64,000 nt of DNA from Eledone cirrhosa (lineage: Eukaryota). How positions within the stretch are numbered: position 1 is the first letter of the stretch; each line of letters starts with the position of its first letter. The stretch spans positions 240,560,001 through 240,624,000 of the forward strand of contig OZ024743.1 of assembly GCA_964016885.1 (NCBI GenBank), in the 5' to 3' direction. The notes under the pieces were generated by a model that made no database searches, was not told the origin of the DNA, and worked only from the letters and a program-made list of their open reading frames with translations. Shown piece after piece: positions 1 to 12,689 of this stretch. The translations under genes were made by a program, and so were the position numbers.

Positions 1-223
1 TGACCACTAGGGTAAGCGCCCTCTTCCAGTCTTCCTCCTACAATATTACAGGCACATGCTCAGGGCAGGCCCATTCACATGGGCCATTCTTGCCTCTCAC
101 ACCCACCTTTCAACAAACTAGCTGGAAGGTAGCACTTCCCTCTCCACCCTGATTTACCTTTCCAGGTGAAACCTGAAAAAGTTAATGAGAGCGTCACCGA
201 AGAGGAAAGTGCCCGTCTTCAGT

Positions 224-412
224 AATAATTGTTTCTACTTTAGGCACAAGGCCAGCAATTATCCAGTGCATTACTGGTACTTTATTTTATCGACCCCGTA
301 AGGATGAAAGGCAAAGTCAACCTCAGTGGGATTTGAACTCAGATCGTAAAAGGATGTAACTATGCTGGAAAGCATGGTGTCGAACCCTCTACCGATACTG
401 CAAATCCACCGT
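224..412 (-). mobile_element. tRNA-derived SINE, family A (~190 bp), with 17-bp flanking direct repeat
   Basis: Minus strand has a B-box-like GAGTTCAAATCC, a central GACTTTGCCTTTCATCCTTACGGGGTCGATAAAATAAAGTACCAG motif and an (ATT)n tail. CCGTCTTCAGTAATAAT occurs at 213-229 and 409-425. Several more copies in the window. Confidence 0.85.
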
Positions 413-801
413 CTTCAGTAATAATACCACAAAAACGCACCTGTAATGTGGCAGGGGTTAGGAAGGGTATCCAACCATTGATTTTGAAGAGCTGTACAAA
501 ATTGTACTGTTTTTTTACCAACAGATTCATTGTATACAGTGCTCTGGTATGTTTCTTGGCTGTGATGATTAAAACAAAGTAAATCACTCTTCTCTTGAAG
601 GTAGTGTGCCAATATATTTGAAAACCGGGTGTTCTTAGATGAGAATCTAAATGGGAGTTGATGACTATATTAGACAGGGCTAGTTTCCGTCACAGAGACA
701 TGACAACCTTCCGTCATGTGTTGAAATAGATATTGTTATATTTTGCCCACAACCACCACCACCAAAATAAAAACACATGCACTAGTTGAATTTCACTTCA
801 G

Positions 802-838
<37 letters not shown>

Positions 839-844
839 TGTTGT

Positions 845-1088
845 TATCAATCAGGTAATTAATCCATTAATCAGTTGATTAATCAACTGATTAATTAATC
901 ATCAAAGTTCTTTCATCACAGCCTGAAAGCAGACAGATAGTAGACATGGAATAAGTGTAGATGAAGAAGCAATGTAGAGAGCAAAAGTCTTTGATAAGGT
1001 TGCAGACAGTGATGAAAGAAGTTTGACAAAGAATTAATTAGTTATTTAACCAACTGATTAATGAATTTATAACCTGATTAATAATAAT
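845..1088. repeat. Degenerate inverted repeat (~75-bp arms, ~90-bp spacer)
   Basis: 845-919 (..AATCAGGT..TAATCAGTTG..TTCTTTCATCAC) mirrors 1009-1088 (GTGATGAAAGAA..CAACTGATTA..ACCTGATT). Confidence 0.7.
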
Positions 1089-1436
1089 GATTTCTAAGTT
1101 AGGCAAAAGGCTAATGATTTGTGGGGAGGAGAAAGTCTATTATATCAACCTCAGAAGGATGAAAGGCAAAGTTGACCTTGGAAGGTCTTGAACTCAACAT
1201 GGTATTTCATCTGACATCCTACAAATTCTGCCAATCCACCACCCTCACACGATTCATAATAATTTTCTACTTTTGGCACAAGGCCAGCAATTACCCAGTG
1301 CATTACTGATACTTTATTTTATCGATCACGTAAAGGTGAAAGGCAAAGTTAACCTCGGCGGGATTTGAACTCAGAATGGCAAGGGCCGTAAGTCAAAGCA
1401 TGGCGTCCGACCCTCTACCGATACTGCCAATCAACC
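1081..1436 (-). mobile_element. Two adjacent family-A SINE copies (1081-1245 degenerate, 1257-1436)
   Basis: Same AAGGATGAAAGGCAAAGT..GGATTTGAACTC motifs as 224-412. Confidence 0.8.
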
Positions 1437-1690
1437 AGTGCCAATATTTTGATTGGCAACATAACCCTCCAAAATTGCAACAATTAATGTTGTTGTCACA
1501 ATAAAATTCACACACTGTAAAGTGGTTTATGATAGGAAGGGCATCCAGCTATAAAAACCATAACAAAATATAACCAATTAACATGGCCTGGTTTTCAAAC
1601 CAGTCTAGTCTCAGAGCATGTGACCCAGCCAACCCTTGCTAACAGGAAAAGCAGATGTTAACCAATGAAGTTGATGATTTTATATATATA

Positions 1691-1900
1691 ACGAAGGAAG
1701 TGTGGTAAGGAACCAGGTGGACCATAACGCACCAGAGTACTCAATACTTTGGGTAGTAGAATGGGTAATAGGAAAAGAGTCAGGACCCCGACGACAGAGC
1801 TCAAGTGGTTTCGACGGCTATTTCTGGACCCAGAATGCTGGTCCAGAAATAGCCGTCGAAACGGCTTGAGCTCTGCCGTCGGGTCCTGACTCTTTTCCTA
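1691..1900 (-). mobile_element. PLE-type fold-back end in (TA)n: ~61-bp inverted arms plus unique tail
   Basis: Arms 1769-1830 and 1840-1900. Tail 1691-1768 contains the bulged hairpin (1738-1762). TA runs on both sides. Confidence 0.7.
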
Positions 1901-1910
1901 TATATATATA

Positions 1911-2035
1911 ATATTGAAATGGCTTCTACAGGACTAGAACTGTTTCATTCGGGAGAAATCATCATTATACATCATTATGCTATGTATTGAGTACCTAACT
2001 TACTGTGGTTACCCCCGATTGAACCTGGGATAAAA
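1911..2035. mobile_element. Deleted relative of the fold-back PLE end at 52916-53103
   Basis: Shares TTCTACAGGACTAGAACTGTTTCATTC..GAAATCATCA and TATGTATTGAGTACCT..TTACTGTGGTTACC with the 52.9-kb copy. Confidence 0.7.
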
Positions 2036-3106
2036 AATCTTTTTTTAAAAACCAACATACATATACATATATCCATGTAAAAGGTAAACAGAAATAACAA
2101 CACAATCGGTACAGTATATAGAAGGGATATATTAGGTTAACACTTGATATAGCAGCAAGAGGGTCTTAGCATTTCGGACGCTGTATATGTAGGTTGCTTG
2201 TTTAAATTTTTTTTTTTTACACACATATATGTATGTATATGTGTATTTATGGGTATGTATGAGTGTGTATAAGTGTTTGCACGTATGTATGGTGTGTATA
2301 TGTGTACATATGGTTTTGGTATATGTATGTTTGGTGAACATATGTGTATTTACCTGTAGGTATGTGTGTGTGTATGTGCATTATATATGCATTTATGCAT
2401 ATATATTGTTATATGTATATATAACTATATGTATACACATACACACATATTTATATGTGTGTTTGGTTTATACGTTTGTATGTGTGCAGGTATATGTGTC
2501 ACGCCGGTTTACGTACGTGTTTGCATGTTTATGTGTACATGTATGTATATGTATGCATGGTGTGTGTTTTCGCGTATGCACGTGTAATTAGATGTGTGTA
2601 TGTATATATTTAATTATTATTAGTTTTATGATTTTAATAACCTCTGTCATTGTCGTTCAACTATTTATTTACATTATTCTTTACTCTGAAGCCGAGAATC
2701 ATTCGGTTTCGCGAACAGAATATTAGTCGAATGACTCCATCTATACGATAAACGTGGTTTTGTCTTTGCGTGTATTTGTTCTCATCGCTCCAAATAATGA
2801 CGTATTATCTTCGCTTTTTTCCGTTCATTGCCAGAGAACGTTTCCACGAACCAAAGTATCGTCTTCCTGTTTTCCTTCAGTTGCAACGTTTTTCAAAATA
2901 TTTACTTCTGCGTTCACAGATTGATTTTTTTTAGTTTCAGAAGATCACGTTAAGGGTGAAAGCAGTGATTCTTTGCTTAAACTTTAATCTGTTATTTTAA
3001 TAAATATTTGCTCTAGGGATCTTATATATTTGATAGAGATTTATCATTATTGAACCCTGTTTGGATTTTAGTCTTCACATTTATTATTATTATTACTATA
3101 TATATA

Positions 3107-3450
3107 TCATCATTTCATCATCATTTCATTTTACGTCCGCTTTTCCCTGCTTGCAAGGGTGGGACGGGAACTGATTCTGGCTTGATTTCTACAGCTGGAT
3201 GCCCTTCCTAACACCAACCTCATTTCAGTGAGTGCTGGGTGCTTTTTTTCCGTGGCACCTCCACGACCACTTTGCAGTGGAATGATATGGATCCCAGTCC
3301 CTATCATCTCATTTCTACAGCTGAGTAAACTGGAACAATGTGAAATAAAGTGTCTTGCTCAAGGAAACAACACATCACCCGGTCCGAGAATTGAACTCAC
3401 AACCTTTCGATTGCAAGGCCAATGCTCTAACCACTAAGCCATGTGCCTCC
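3107..3450 (-). mobile_element. tRNA-derived SINE, family B (~340 bp), with RTE-derived 3' tail
   Basis: Head GGAGGCACATGGCTTAGTGGTTAGAGC (A box), GAGTTCAATTC (B box). Tail GGTGTTAGGAAGGGCATCCAGCTGTAGAAA..(GAT)n is shared with the RTE 3' UTR. Near-identical to 28774-29110. Confidence 0.88.
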
Positions 3451-3523
3451 ATGTGTATATATATATACACACACACATATATATATATATGTGTATATAT
3501 ATATATATATATATGTGTGTGTT

Positions 3524-3560
<37 letters not shown>

Positions 3561-3694
3561 GTGTGTGTCTGTATATATGTATACAACTATTAACAGAGAA
3601 AGAAGTCACAGACACGATAGAGAAATGAATTCTCCAATCTGAATATGTATGTGAAAATTAATTTTTCTTCCCCTTTTTATTATTATTATTACTA

Positions 3695-3840
3695 TAGCAT
3701 AGTTACGTCCCTTAACGATCTGAGTTCAAATCCCGCCGAGGTTAACTTTGCTTTTACGGGGTCGATAAAATGAAGTACCAGTAATGTACTGGGTTATTGC
3801 TGGCCTTGTGCCAAAAGTAGAAACAATTATTACTATTATT
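3695..3840 (+). mobile_element. 5'-truncated family-A SINE
   Basis: GAGTTCAAATCCCGCCGAGGTTAACTTTGC..GGCCTTGTGCCAAAAGTAGAAACAATT. Confidence 0.8.
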
Positions 3841-4055
3841 TGTATAAATATGCAACTTAACAATATTATGCATATCCGCAATTGACAATGCATATAATGC
3901 TAAAACTGTTATATTAAATGTGGAAATATCCACTTTGTAAATAAATTAATGTCTTGATATTAGATTGAAAGAATCTCTTCAGCATTTTCTACTGAAAAAA
4001 TCTTTTTCCTTTCTACTATTTGTTTTTTTATATATCAACTCATTTGTTACTTTTC

Positions 4056-4101
<46 letters not shown>

Positions 4102-4149
4102 CGTGTGTGTGTGCATGTATGTGTGCGTATATATATATATATATATATT

Positions 4150-5215
4150 TAGTGGGATCACAGGCAGGCTATCAAAGAATGGAAGTTTTATATACAGCTG
4201 AAGCTCAGGTGCAGTAAGTAGCAACAGCCCACAGGATACTAGCTCCTTCAAATGCCTAGACAGTGCTGTCGAAATAGTCCATAGTTTTTGTTACTTGGGT
4301 AACCAAATCAGCAGTGGAGGAGGGTGTTCTGAAAGAACAGTAGCCAGAGTGAGGACAGGATGGAGAAAGTTCAGGGAGCTACTACCGTTGCTAGCTACAA
4401 AAGCTTAAAATGAAGAGCAGATTGTATGATACATGTATACGAACAGCAATCGTGTATGCTCGTGAGTCCTGGGCACTGTGTGCAGAAGACCTGCGAAGAT
4501 GGGAAAGAAATGAAGCCTGCAAGCTTTGATGGATGGGTAATAGTAATATACATGAACGGCAAAGCTTAATGAACTGAGAGAAATTGGGCATAAGAGGGAT
4601 CAGATGCAGCATGCTAGAGAGGCGAATGCGTTGGTATGGTCATGTGATGTGTATGAAGGATGACAACTGTATAAAAAGTGCAGGGTGATCATAGTTCATG
4701 GAAGAAATAGGAAGACCCACAAAGACCTGGGATGAGATGATAAAAGCTGACCTTGTGAAATTACACCTCTCAAAAACAAGGACACAGGAACGAGATCTTT
4801 GGTGTTATGCAGTAATATAGAAGACCTGCCTTCCTATGTGCATGGACTAAAACATACATCTAGGGGGCACCTCTTAACCACTATACCCCCTTCTATACAC
4901 CTCCCATGCCCTAACACCCATCTAGCCACTTCTGTTCACACCACTCTTACACTGTAAAGTTGTTGTGTTGGTATCACCAAATAAAGCATCCAGCCGACAC
5001 TGTAAAGTGGTCATGTAGGTTTCATGACAAAAAGTGCCCAGCCCACACTGTAAATGTGGTCAGTGTTAGGAAGGGGATCCAGCTGTGGAAACCAAGCCAG
5101 AAACAGTTCTGTGTGAGCAAGACACAGTCACCTGACCCAACTTGCCTCAAACGAGACAACCTGTCTAACACATGCTAGCATGGAAAATGAGCGCTAAACA
5201 ACGATGATGATGATA
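4150..5215 (+). mobile_element. Degenerate RTE LINE 3' portion
   Basis: Remnant peptides SGITGRL..YLGNQISSGGGCSE..VARVRTGWRKFREL..RWYGHVM; 3' UTR repeats; (GAT)n tail. Confidence 0.85.
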
Positions 5216-5304
5216 TATATATACATACATACATATAAATATATATATATTTATATACATATATATACATATATATACAGGTATACATACATGTATATAT
5301 ATGT

Positions 5305-6083
5305 ATATATATCCAAAATTAAGATAATCAATTAATTGGTGAAATATATTTCTTTAATGGAATATATACGAGGAAGATTAATCAAATTATAAGGTATCTA
5401 TTTTTGAAGTTCTAGTTAAACTTTATTTAGTTACCTACCTAGCTATGTGTGCTTACACACTTTTACAAATTATCCCCTGTGATTGTTTCATATGTTTAAT
5501 TATATATCAATCAATTTCTAGTTGATATAAAATGCTCGGATCTACTCATTAGAATCTTGGAGGATATTTTACAGGTGATATGGCGCATGTCTATCTGGCA
5601 TGACACCCTTAATTTAATTTGATTTAATTTAATTTAATTCAATTTATCTTAATTTTGGATATATATAAATACGGCCCCTTAATTGTAGAGCTAACTCAGT
5701 TGAAAGAACTTGACTGCTGTTTCTAGTTGTCAATAACCCTATTCATGCCACTGGGACGAAGCTGGTATGATGTGTGTATTTTTAGTGGATACAGCACATG
5801 TTACTGGCCAGTCGCTGCTTTGAACAGATGGCTGGACCTCTTCCTTGTTGAAAATCAAGGATCTGGCTACTGTCGTTTACCAATCGATTAATTGGTGAAA
5901 TATATTTCTTTAATGGAATATATACTAGGAAGATTAATCAAATTATAAGGTATCTATTTTTGAAGTTCTAGTTAAACTTTATTTAGTTACCTACTTAGCT
6001 ATGTGTGCTTACACACTTTTACAAATTATCCCCTGTGATTGTTTCATATGTGTAATTATATGTCAATCAATTTCTAGTTGATA

Positions 6084-6085
<2 letters not shown>
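5305..6085. mobile_element. Non-coding element with ~200-bp direct repeats and a short inverted copy of its left end, bounded by (TA)n
   Basis: 5330-5528 repeated at 5888-6084. ATATCCAAAATTAAGATAA (~5309-5327) is inverted at ~5644-5662. Confidence 0.65.
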
Positions 6086-6115
<30 letters not shown>

Positions 6116-6117
<2 letters not shown>

Positions 6118-6540
6118 CAGAGTGATTGGAAAGTCACCCCATAGTTCATTTTTTATGCAAATATGACATACCTCATCTATATTGAAATTTGATTGGTCAA
6201 AAATATTCACCAATTATATAAACTTTTATGTATAAACATATAATGATTTCATTTTTATTATTATACATGTAGTAAACTGAAGAAAAAAATGTTGTCAACG
6301 GAAGAAAGAATTTCACTCGTTTTGTTAATGCCTGAATACAAGTGTTGTTCAGTGAAAATGCTCAACTCAGCACAAATCACCAGCCCTGTCAAATAAAACA
6401 ATAGGAGCTTGCTTTGTAACAGGATCAGTACATGACCTTGACAGGAGTGGAAGACTCAGTTTGGATGAAGACCAGATGAAGCAGATTGAAGAAATTTTCA
6501 CAATAGCACCATCTCTATAACAGGCATAAAGTCAGTTTGG
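6116..6540 (+). mobile_element. Tc1/mariner-type transposon 5' relic
   Basis: TA-CAGAGTG terminus. ATG at 6289 (MLSTEERISLVLL), then frameshifted FVTGSVHDLDRSGRL matching the F..TGSV.D..RSGRP transposase HTH motif. Confidence 0.7.
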
Positions 6541-6856
6541 TATTCCTTATTCAACACTAATTGTATTTATTTCAATAGAATACATAGAAATATATACAGT
6601 TTAATAAATGAGTAACTACATGAATGACTATAAAATAATTAGAAAAACACTACAAATATTTAAAAATGGAAAAGGAAGGGTTACAGATGGAATGGGGAAG
6701 GTGATGAGCTCTGGGCCTAGGATAAAGCAGTGTTGATGGCTGCGCCCCATGAGGAAGAATGCACTGCCAAGTTAGTTATTAGTGACATCAAAATAAACAC
6801 AAGATATGCAGGAAAATATAGGGGGTTTGGACTCTAAAAGGACCTTTCAGTTAAAT

Positions 6857-7092
6857 ATCATCATCATCATCCTTTTACATCCGCTTTTCCCTGCTTGCAA
6901 GGGTGGGACGGGAACTGTGTCTGGCTTGATTTCTACAGCTGGATGCCCTTCCTAACACCAACCTCATTTACAGTGAGTGCTGGGTGCTTTTTTTGCCATG
7001 GCACCTCCACGACAACTTTGCAGTGGAATGATAGGGACCCTAGTCCCTATCATCTCATTTCTACAGCTGAGTAAACTGGAGCAATGTGAAAT
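6857..7092 (-). mobile_element. 5'-truncated family-B SINE
   Basis: Nearly identical to 3120-3350. Confidence 0.85.
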
Positions 7093-8500
7093 ATAGGTTT
7101 ATCCTTACAGGATGCAATAGATGACATGAGCGACAAGTTAGATACATATAATGTAGAGGACAACTGTAAATTTCTACATGACAACCTTTTGCAAACCACT
7201 GACATGACTTGTGGCTGGAGTAAAGCACCAGCCAGACCGAGGGTGACATGGTGGTGGAACACGCAGTGGATAGAGCCATTAAAGCCAAACGAAAAGCTTT
7301 GAAGGACTGGAAAATTGGGGTAGTAGAGACCAGTACTAGCTAGCTAAGAGAGAAACTAGACAATAAGTATACACAACTTGGAGAGAGGCTGAAAAATGAC
7401 AGTTTTCCAATGTGAGGACCAGAGATGGGAAGTGTTTTGCATTGCAAGCCAGTAAGTTAGTGTAAATCGAGATGTTGTTGGGGGAAAATGTGTTAGAAAT
7501 GATGCTAGTACATTTAGCACCACTGATTCCCAAAAGAAAGAGGTCTGGAAATGTTACTATGAGAGATTGATGAGTGTAGAGAATAAATGGGAAGAAGAGA
7601 AACTACCCCCCCCCCCCAACTTACCCACCAGAAAGATCAGCTATTGAAGTTGACAGTTATATGGTCAAAGAAGCAAGCAAAAAGATGAAGAATGGTAAAG
7701 CTGCAGGATCATCAGAGATAGTTGCTGAGATGCTAAAAGCATCGGGAGAAATAGGAGTCGAACTAGTAACCGGCATAGTCAATCACGTAATACAAGACGA
7801 TGTCATACCCAATGAGTGGTGCAGCAGTAAAATCATAAAATGCTACAAGAGCAAAGGCAATGCTCTAGAAAAAGCAACTAGGGAGGATAAAACTAATAGA
7901 TCAGGTTATGAAAGTTTCAGAAAGAATTATAGTGCAGCTAATTAGGAAAAGAGTAAAATTAGATGAGACATAGTTTGGTTACATGCCTGGGAAAAGTGCT
8001 ACAGATGCCTTCTTCTTAGTAAGGCAACCACACAAGAAGTTCCGAGCCAAGAATAACCCACTAAATTTAGCTTTTGTTGATCTAGAAAAAGACCTTTGAC
8101 AGAGTATCTCAATTGATCATCTGGGGGTCCTTACAGAAATTAGGTGTAAAAGAATGACTCGAGAGAGCCGTACAAGCCATATACAGAGGAGCTGTTAGTA
8201 AAGTGAAAGTGAGTTTATTGAGGAATTCAAGGAACAGGTAGGAATTTATGAAGGTTCGGTTCTTAGCCCAATGCTGTTCATCATAGACCTCCAGTCTATT
8301 ACAGAGGACTTTAAAACTGGTTGTCCATGGGAACTTCTCTATGCAGATGATTTTGTCCTTATAGCCAAATCAATAAAAGGACAAGAAAATAAGTTCTGTC
8401 TCTGGAAACAGAATTTGGAATCAAAGGGTCTGAGGATAAATTTAGCCAAAACTAAAGTGCTATTGGGTAGGAAAGAAGATGGCATGTCGATCAAAAGATA
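7093..8500 (+). pseudogene. Old RTE ORF2 (reverse transcriptase) fragment, many stops and frameshifts
   Basis: KMKNGKAAGSSEIVAEMLKA, AFVDLEK, GSVLSPMLF, GCPWELLYADD, GLRINLAKTKV. Confidence 0.9.
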
Positions 8501-8792
8501 GAATCTCCATATAAAGGTAAAAGTTCTTTAAAAGTTTTAAAGAAAAATTTTAGAATTGCTTATATTTATATACATATATATATATCAGAGTCCACCTTGT
8601 TGTATTGGGGCTGATAACATTATTAGAACTCAATGTATCCTAGGAAGTGTAGTTGTGGCAAGAATCGGCAGTGTGGCCAGTAGTTCTTCAGGTAGGTACT
8701 CGCAGCCTAAGGTATCCTCAAAGAAAATGAATCTGGGTTACAGTCATTTGAATATATGTGTGTTTGAACAATAAAAACAGAAGTCAGGTGTC

Positions 8793-8835
8793 GGTAGAGA
8801 GTTAGTTCATTGTTTCAATGAACTAACTCTCTACC
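8793..8835. repeat. Perfect 20-bp hairpin next to a TA tract
   Basis: GGTAGAGAGTTAGTTCATTG-TTT-CAATGAACTAACTCTCTACC. Confidence 0.85.
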
Positions 8836-9117
8836 TACACATATATATATGTATATTTATATATAAGCAAGTATTGCACCAAGAAAAATAAAAACACCGG
8901 CGTGAAGCAGAAGAGGAATTTATTTGCTTTAATATATGTTTCTGTATATATTATAATCGTCTACATATGCTGACTACAATATATATATATATATTTATTA
9001 AATTAACAGGTTAAAGTTTAAGCAAAGAATCGCTGCTTTCACCCTTATATAGAAAAGAAATAGTATTTCGCTTCAAGCATAGCTTTATAATAATATGTAT
9101 AGAAATTTCGTATTTCT

Positions 9118-9383
9118 AAAGAAACACGGTTTTAAGAAGCCGTAACTATGCAACGCCCTCTGGTGGTGTCCAGCAGAAGCAAGGGGGACAACCGTCTATG
9201 CATTTCAGGCATGACAGGCCTTCGTCAGACAATCCCTCCCACCGCTTGTGACTGCTGGACTTGAAAACAGTCGAGAATATATAGTTTTCTCGTCTGAAGC
9301 TGCATAAGTTGGTTCAACTTATAATAGAAAAAAATAGCCCCAGTGTTTGCATAGCTACGGCTTCCTAAAACCGTGTTTCTTTT
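9118..9383. mobile_element. PLE-type fold-back remnant with hammerhead-like core (minus, ~9190-9232)
   Basis: Arms 9118-9154 and 9347-9383. Minus strand CTGACGA-AGGC..GCCT-GAAATGCATA. A separate ~55-bp end (8994-9046, 9396-9450, inverted at 2950-3003) flanks it. Confidence 0.55.
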
Positions 9384-9468
9384 TATATATATATATTTAT
9401 TAAAATAACAGATTAAAGTTTAAGCAAAGAATCGCTGCTTTCACCCTTAACAGGATCCCAATAATTCA

Positions 9469-9499
<31 letters not shown>

Positions 9500-9500
9500 T

Positions 9501-9546
<46 letters not shown>

Positions 9547-10559
9547 ATCCATGCATACCTATATAGTTTAATTTAGAGGGGTGCTAGTGAGTTAGTATGC
9601 ATGTGTGTCAAATTGTTGTGGGTGCATCTGTGTGTGTGTAATATCTAATATACTTGTAATTATGTGGGTTTATTGGGCCTACAAGTGTGCATGTGTGGGC
9701 AAGAGTTTATGAAAGAGAGAGTAGGTGTAGATATTTTATATTTTTTATGAAAGAGAGCGAGAGAGGTGTGTTGATATTTTGAATTTGTTTGTTATAGAAT
9801 GTCAAAGGCCTAAGGTTATCACGAGTGCCTATGTGTGCACAGAGGGGATCTATCTACATATGATTAGTTATTGTTACTTTAGGTTTCTTCTTAACATAAA
9901 CTGCATGTGCCAGTATAAGGTTTGGGCTTGGACAAGGTACTTTATATGGACATTCTATCATTTGACTGACCCTCCAATCACTTTAGCCATGCACCTGTTG
10001 AGATAACCAAACCACTGCAGGGAGCTTTGTCAGTAGTCTGGAATCAGCTGTCAAAACAGGAAGAGATCAGTGGTTGGGCCCCGACTCTTACATCATCATC
10101 ATCATCATCATCATCAATTAACATACATCTTCCACGCTAGCAAGGTTAGACAGGTTTGTCCCATTTAGAGACAAGTTGGGTTGGGTGACTGTGTCTTGCT
10201 CGTATAGGAGAGTTTCAACCACATTGACAAAGTATGCACACAAGCACAGTTATACATGCACACATACAGACAGACATACATACATATACACAAACATACA
10301 TGCACATTGACATGCCTGCATGTACATACACATCCATTACACAATCTCACATGTATACACACAGGCCCATGCATCCGTATGGGGAGAGGAAGTGGTAAAA
10401 TTATCTGTACACACGCACCTACATGTATCATACACATGCTTGCACACATGTACATGCTATATTCATACACCCATACAAGAATCAGGGAAGAAAGAGATTT
10501 TAAGGTTATCTGCACATATAGATATGGGAAGTATAGTAGGTAAAAGGAAACTTACGGAG

Positions 10560-11345
10560 TAAGAAGTGGTTAGTTGATGGTACAATGTAAGTGAGGAGTG
10601 AGAGAGTGGGATGTGGACCTGGGGTTTCTGCATGAGGGTTCCCAGGGTAAGTGCTGGTATTTGGGCAGGAGTGTAGGATGGGGCTTAGTCAGAGGTACAA
10701 GTCACTGCATGGACTACAATGCCGAGGGGTTAAGGTTCCCCCGCTTTGTAGGTGTGGATCCTTAGCATCCAGGATCTGTCGTTACTTTGAAGCATAGGTG
10801 TGATTTTTGTATGCAGTGTATATATTTGGTCACTAGTTCAGATTTTTTAGTTATTAATGTGTCCCTGTCGAACAGTATGCAAAGTGCTTTGGCTGCACAC
10901 AAGTTGCAGGGGCCGGCCTCATCCTCCTGAGTAGGGTAGTGCTCTAGTGATGGTAATCCAGCATAATTGGTAGGGTATTTAGTTTTTACATAACTGCTAG
11001 AGGTGGCTCGTGATGCTTGTTTTATGCTTACGCTCTGGGCGTCGTAACGAATATTTGTGCTGCGTGAACTGGGATTTGAAGGTGTTAGCCATCATACCTA
11101 TGTATGTTTTTCCCTGTGTGTTGGTGGTGACCTTGCATTTGTATACTATATTGGTAGTTAGGCATTTGGAATCAAGAGCGCACTCATTCCAGTGACAGCA
11201 ATGGCGGTATTGCTTTATGGTTGGGTTGCCTGGACTATAGGATCTGTGTCTGCTGAGTTTGGTCCTGTTAGATGCAGCAATACTCTTTCACAGTGTTTTC
11301 AGAGAAAATTTTGTGGTATCGCTGCTGTGGTGGGAAGTGCCTCTG
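10560..11345 (-). mobile_element. Penelope-like element, GIY-YIG endonuclease relic
   Basis: Minus frames read CLTTNIVYKCKVTTNTGKTYIGMMANTFKSQFTQHK ... PCNLCAAKALCIL...ITKKSELVTK. Confidence 0.85.
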
Positions 11346-11377
11346 GATCATCCCAAAGAAGATCCAATATGTATATC

Positions 11378-12055
11378 ATTATCATCATCATCATCATTTA
11401 ATGTCCATTTTCCATGCTAGTATGAGGACGGACTGCTCCTTTATGCGAGATCTAGTCAGAGGATCATGTTTTACTCACACAGGGCTGATTTTGGCTTGGT
11501 TTCTATGGCTGGATGCCCTTCCTAATGCCATCCACATTTACAGTGTGTGCTGGGTGCTTTTTGTTATGACACCGACATGAACACTTTACAGTGTGGGCTA
11601 GGCGCTTCTTGTCATGTCAGCATTATGACCACTTTACAGTGTGATCTGGAGGCTTCGCTAATGTATACTTCAGCTTGTCCTCATGGAAAATGTATGGGAG
11701 TGGGTTGGGAGGTGTGCTGGGATGGTGCATGCTATATATATACTTTAGCTATATATATATGTAAAGTTATGTTGGTGCTGCGCCATAGGCCGAAACAAAT
11801 GAGATCGTGTAGGTGTCACGACAAAAAAACACACAGTCCACGCTGTAATGTGGCCGTGTAGGCAACACGGTAAAAACCTCCCAGACCCACACTGTAAATG
11901 TGGTTGGTGTTAGGAAGGGCATCCAACTGTAGAAAACATGCCAGACAGTCCTATGCGAGCAAGACAATCACTCTTGCCTCAAGTGGGACTACCCCCGTCC
12001 AAACCCATGCAAGCGTGGAACACGGACGTTAAACGTTGATGATGATGATGATGAT
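11378..12055. mobile_element. Two RTE 3'-UTR fragments in opposite orientation (11378-11700 minus; 11761-12055 plus)
   Basis: GGATGCCCTTCCTAA / TTAGGAAGGGCATCC tails ending in (GAT)n. The plus copy is near-identical to 17166-17462. Confidence 0.85.
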
Positions 12056-12068
12056 ATATATATATATA

Positions 12069-12430
12069 GGGAGTGTGACATCCAATTACAGTAGGTTCAC
12101 CAGAGTGAGCACTCAATGCGTAGTTTCCAGTAAGTATAAAAGTTTAGTACTAAGCAGAGTGTAATAATAATAAAAAGGCTGATTTGTTGTAATCATTGCG
12201 TTTATTGAGAAGTGACGCGTGTTTTGCTTTGGGTCAGCTGGAGGTTTGATCTGTATCGATATAGCCCGACTCTGGAATCAAAAGCTCATCTGACTTCTGT
12301 TGTGGTAATGACAGAAAATTTTCTGTCCTAACCACTTTTGATTCCAGAGTCGTGCTAGATCGATACAGATTGAACCTTGAGCTGATCAATAGCAAAACGC
12401 ACGTCACTACTCAATAAACGTAATGATGAC
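12069..12430 (-). mobile_element. PLE-type fold-back end (~95-bp arms) with tail hairpin
   Basis: Arms 12191-12284 and 12335-12427. Bulged hairpin at 12110-12161 on the minus strand. TA flanks. Confidence 0.7.
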
Positions 12431-12450
12431 ATTATTATTTTATATATATA

Positions 12451-12675
12451 TGTTGCATAATATATGCAGACAGAGGGTGCAATGCACCCTACTGCTGCAT
12501 TAAGTGTGGCCGAAACTCGAGGCCGGGAACTATTATAGGCATCCGTTTTACGTATGTTGTATTGAAGCAAATAACTGTGTATACTCTGGGAATGTATCCT
12601 ACATTACCTATTGAGTATGCTGAGATACAACCAGTCCTGGCATTGATATATATGCTGGATCCATCAACTCCTGAT
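12451..12675 (+). mobile_element. PLE pLTR 3' end, same family as 58048-58310
   Basis: Shares TGCTGCATTAAGTGTGGCCGA.ACTCGAG, TGTTGTATTGAAGCAAATA and ACATTACCTATTG.GTA. Confidence 0.7.
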
Positions 12676-12689
12676 TATATATATATATA

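Noticed and set aside
1-210. Possible 15-nt minus micro-exon (158-172) or Tx1-like FTWKGK relic
   Set aside because: Too short and degenerate to decide
3380-3450. tRNA-like A and B boxes (also at 28774, 29412, 56580)
   Set aside because: SINE heads continuing into SINE bodies; not tRNA genes
8628-8656. Further bulged-hairpin candidates (also 33703-33732, 49893, 1985)
   Set aside because: The TTGAG half is at a similar distance from TA, but the partner strand is decayed; not counted
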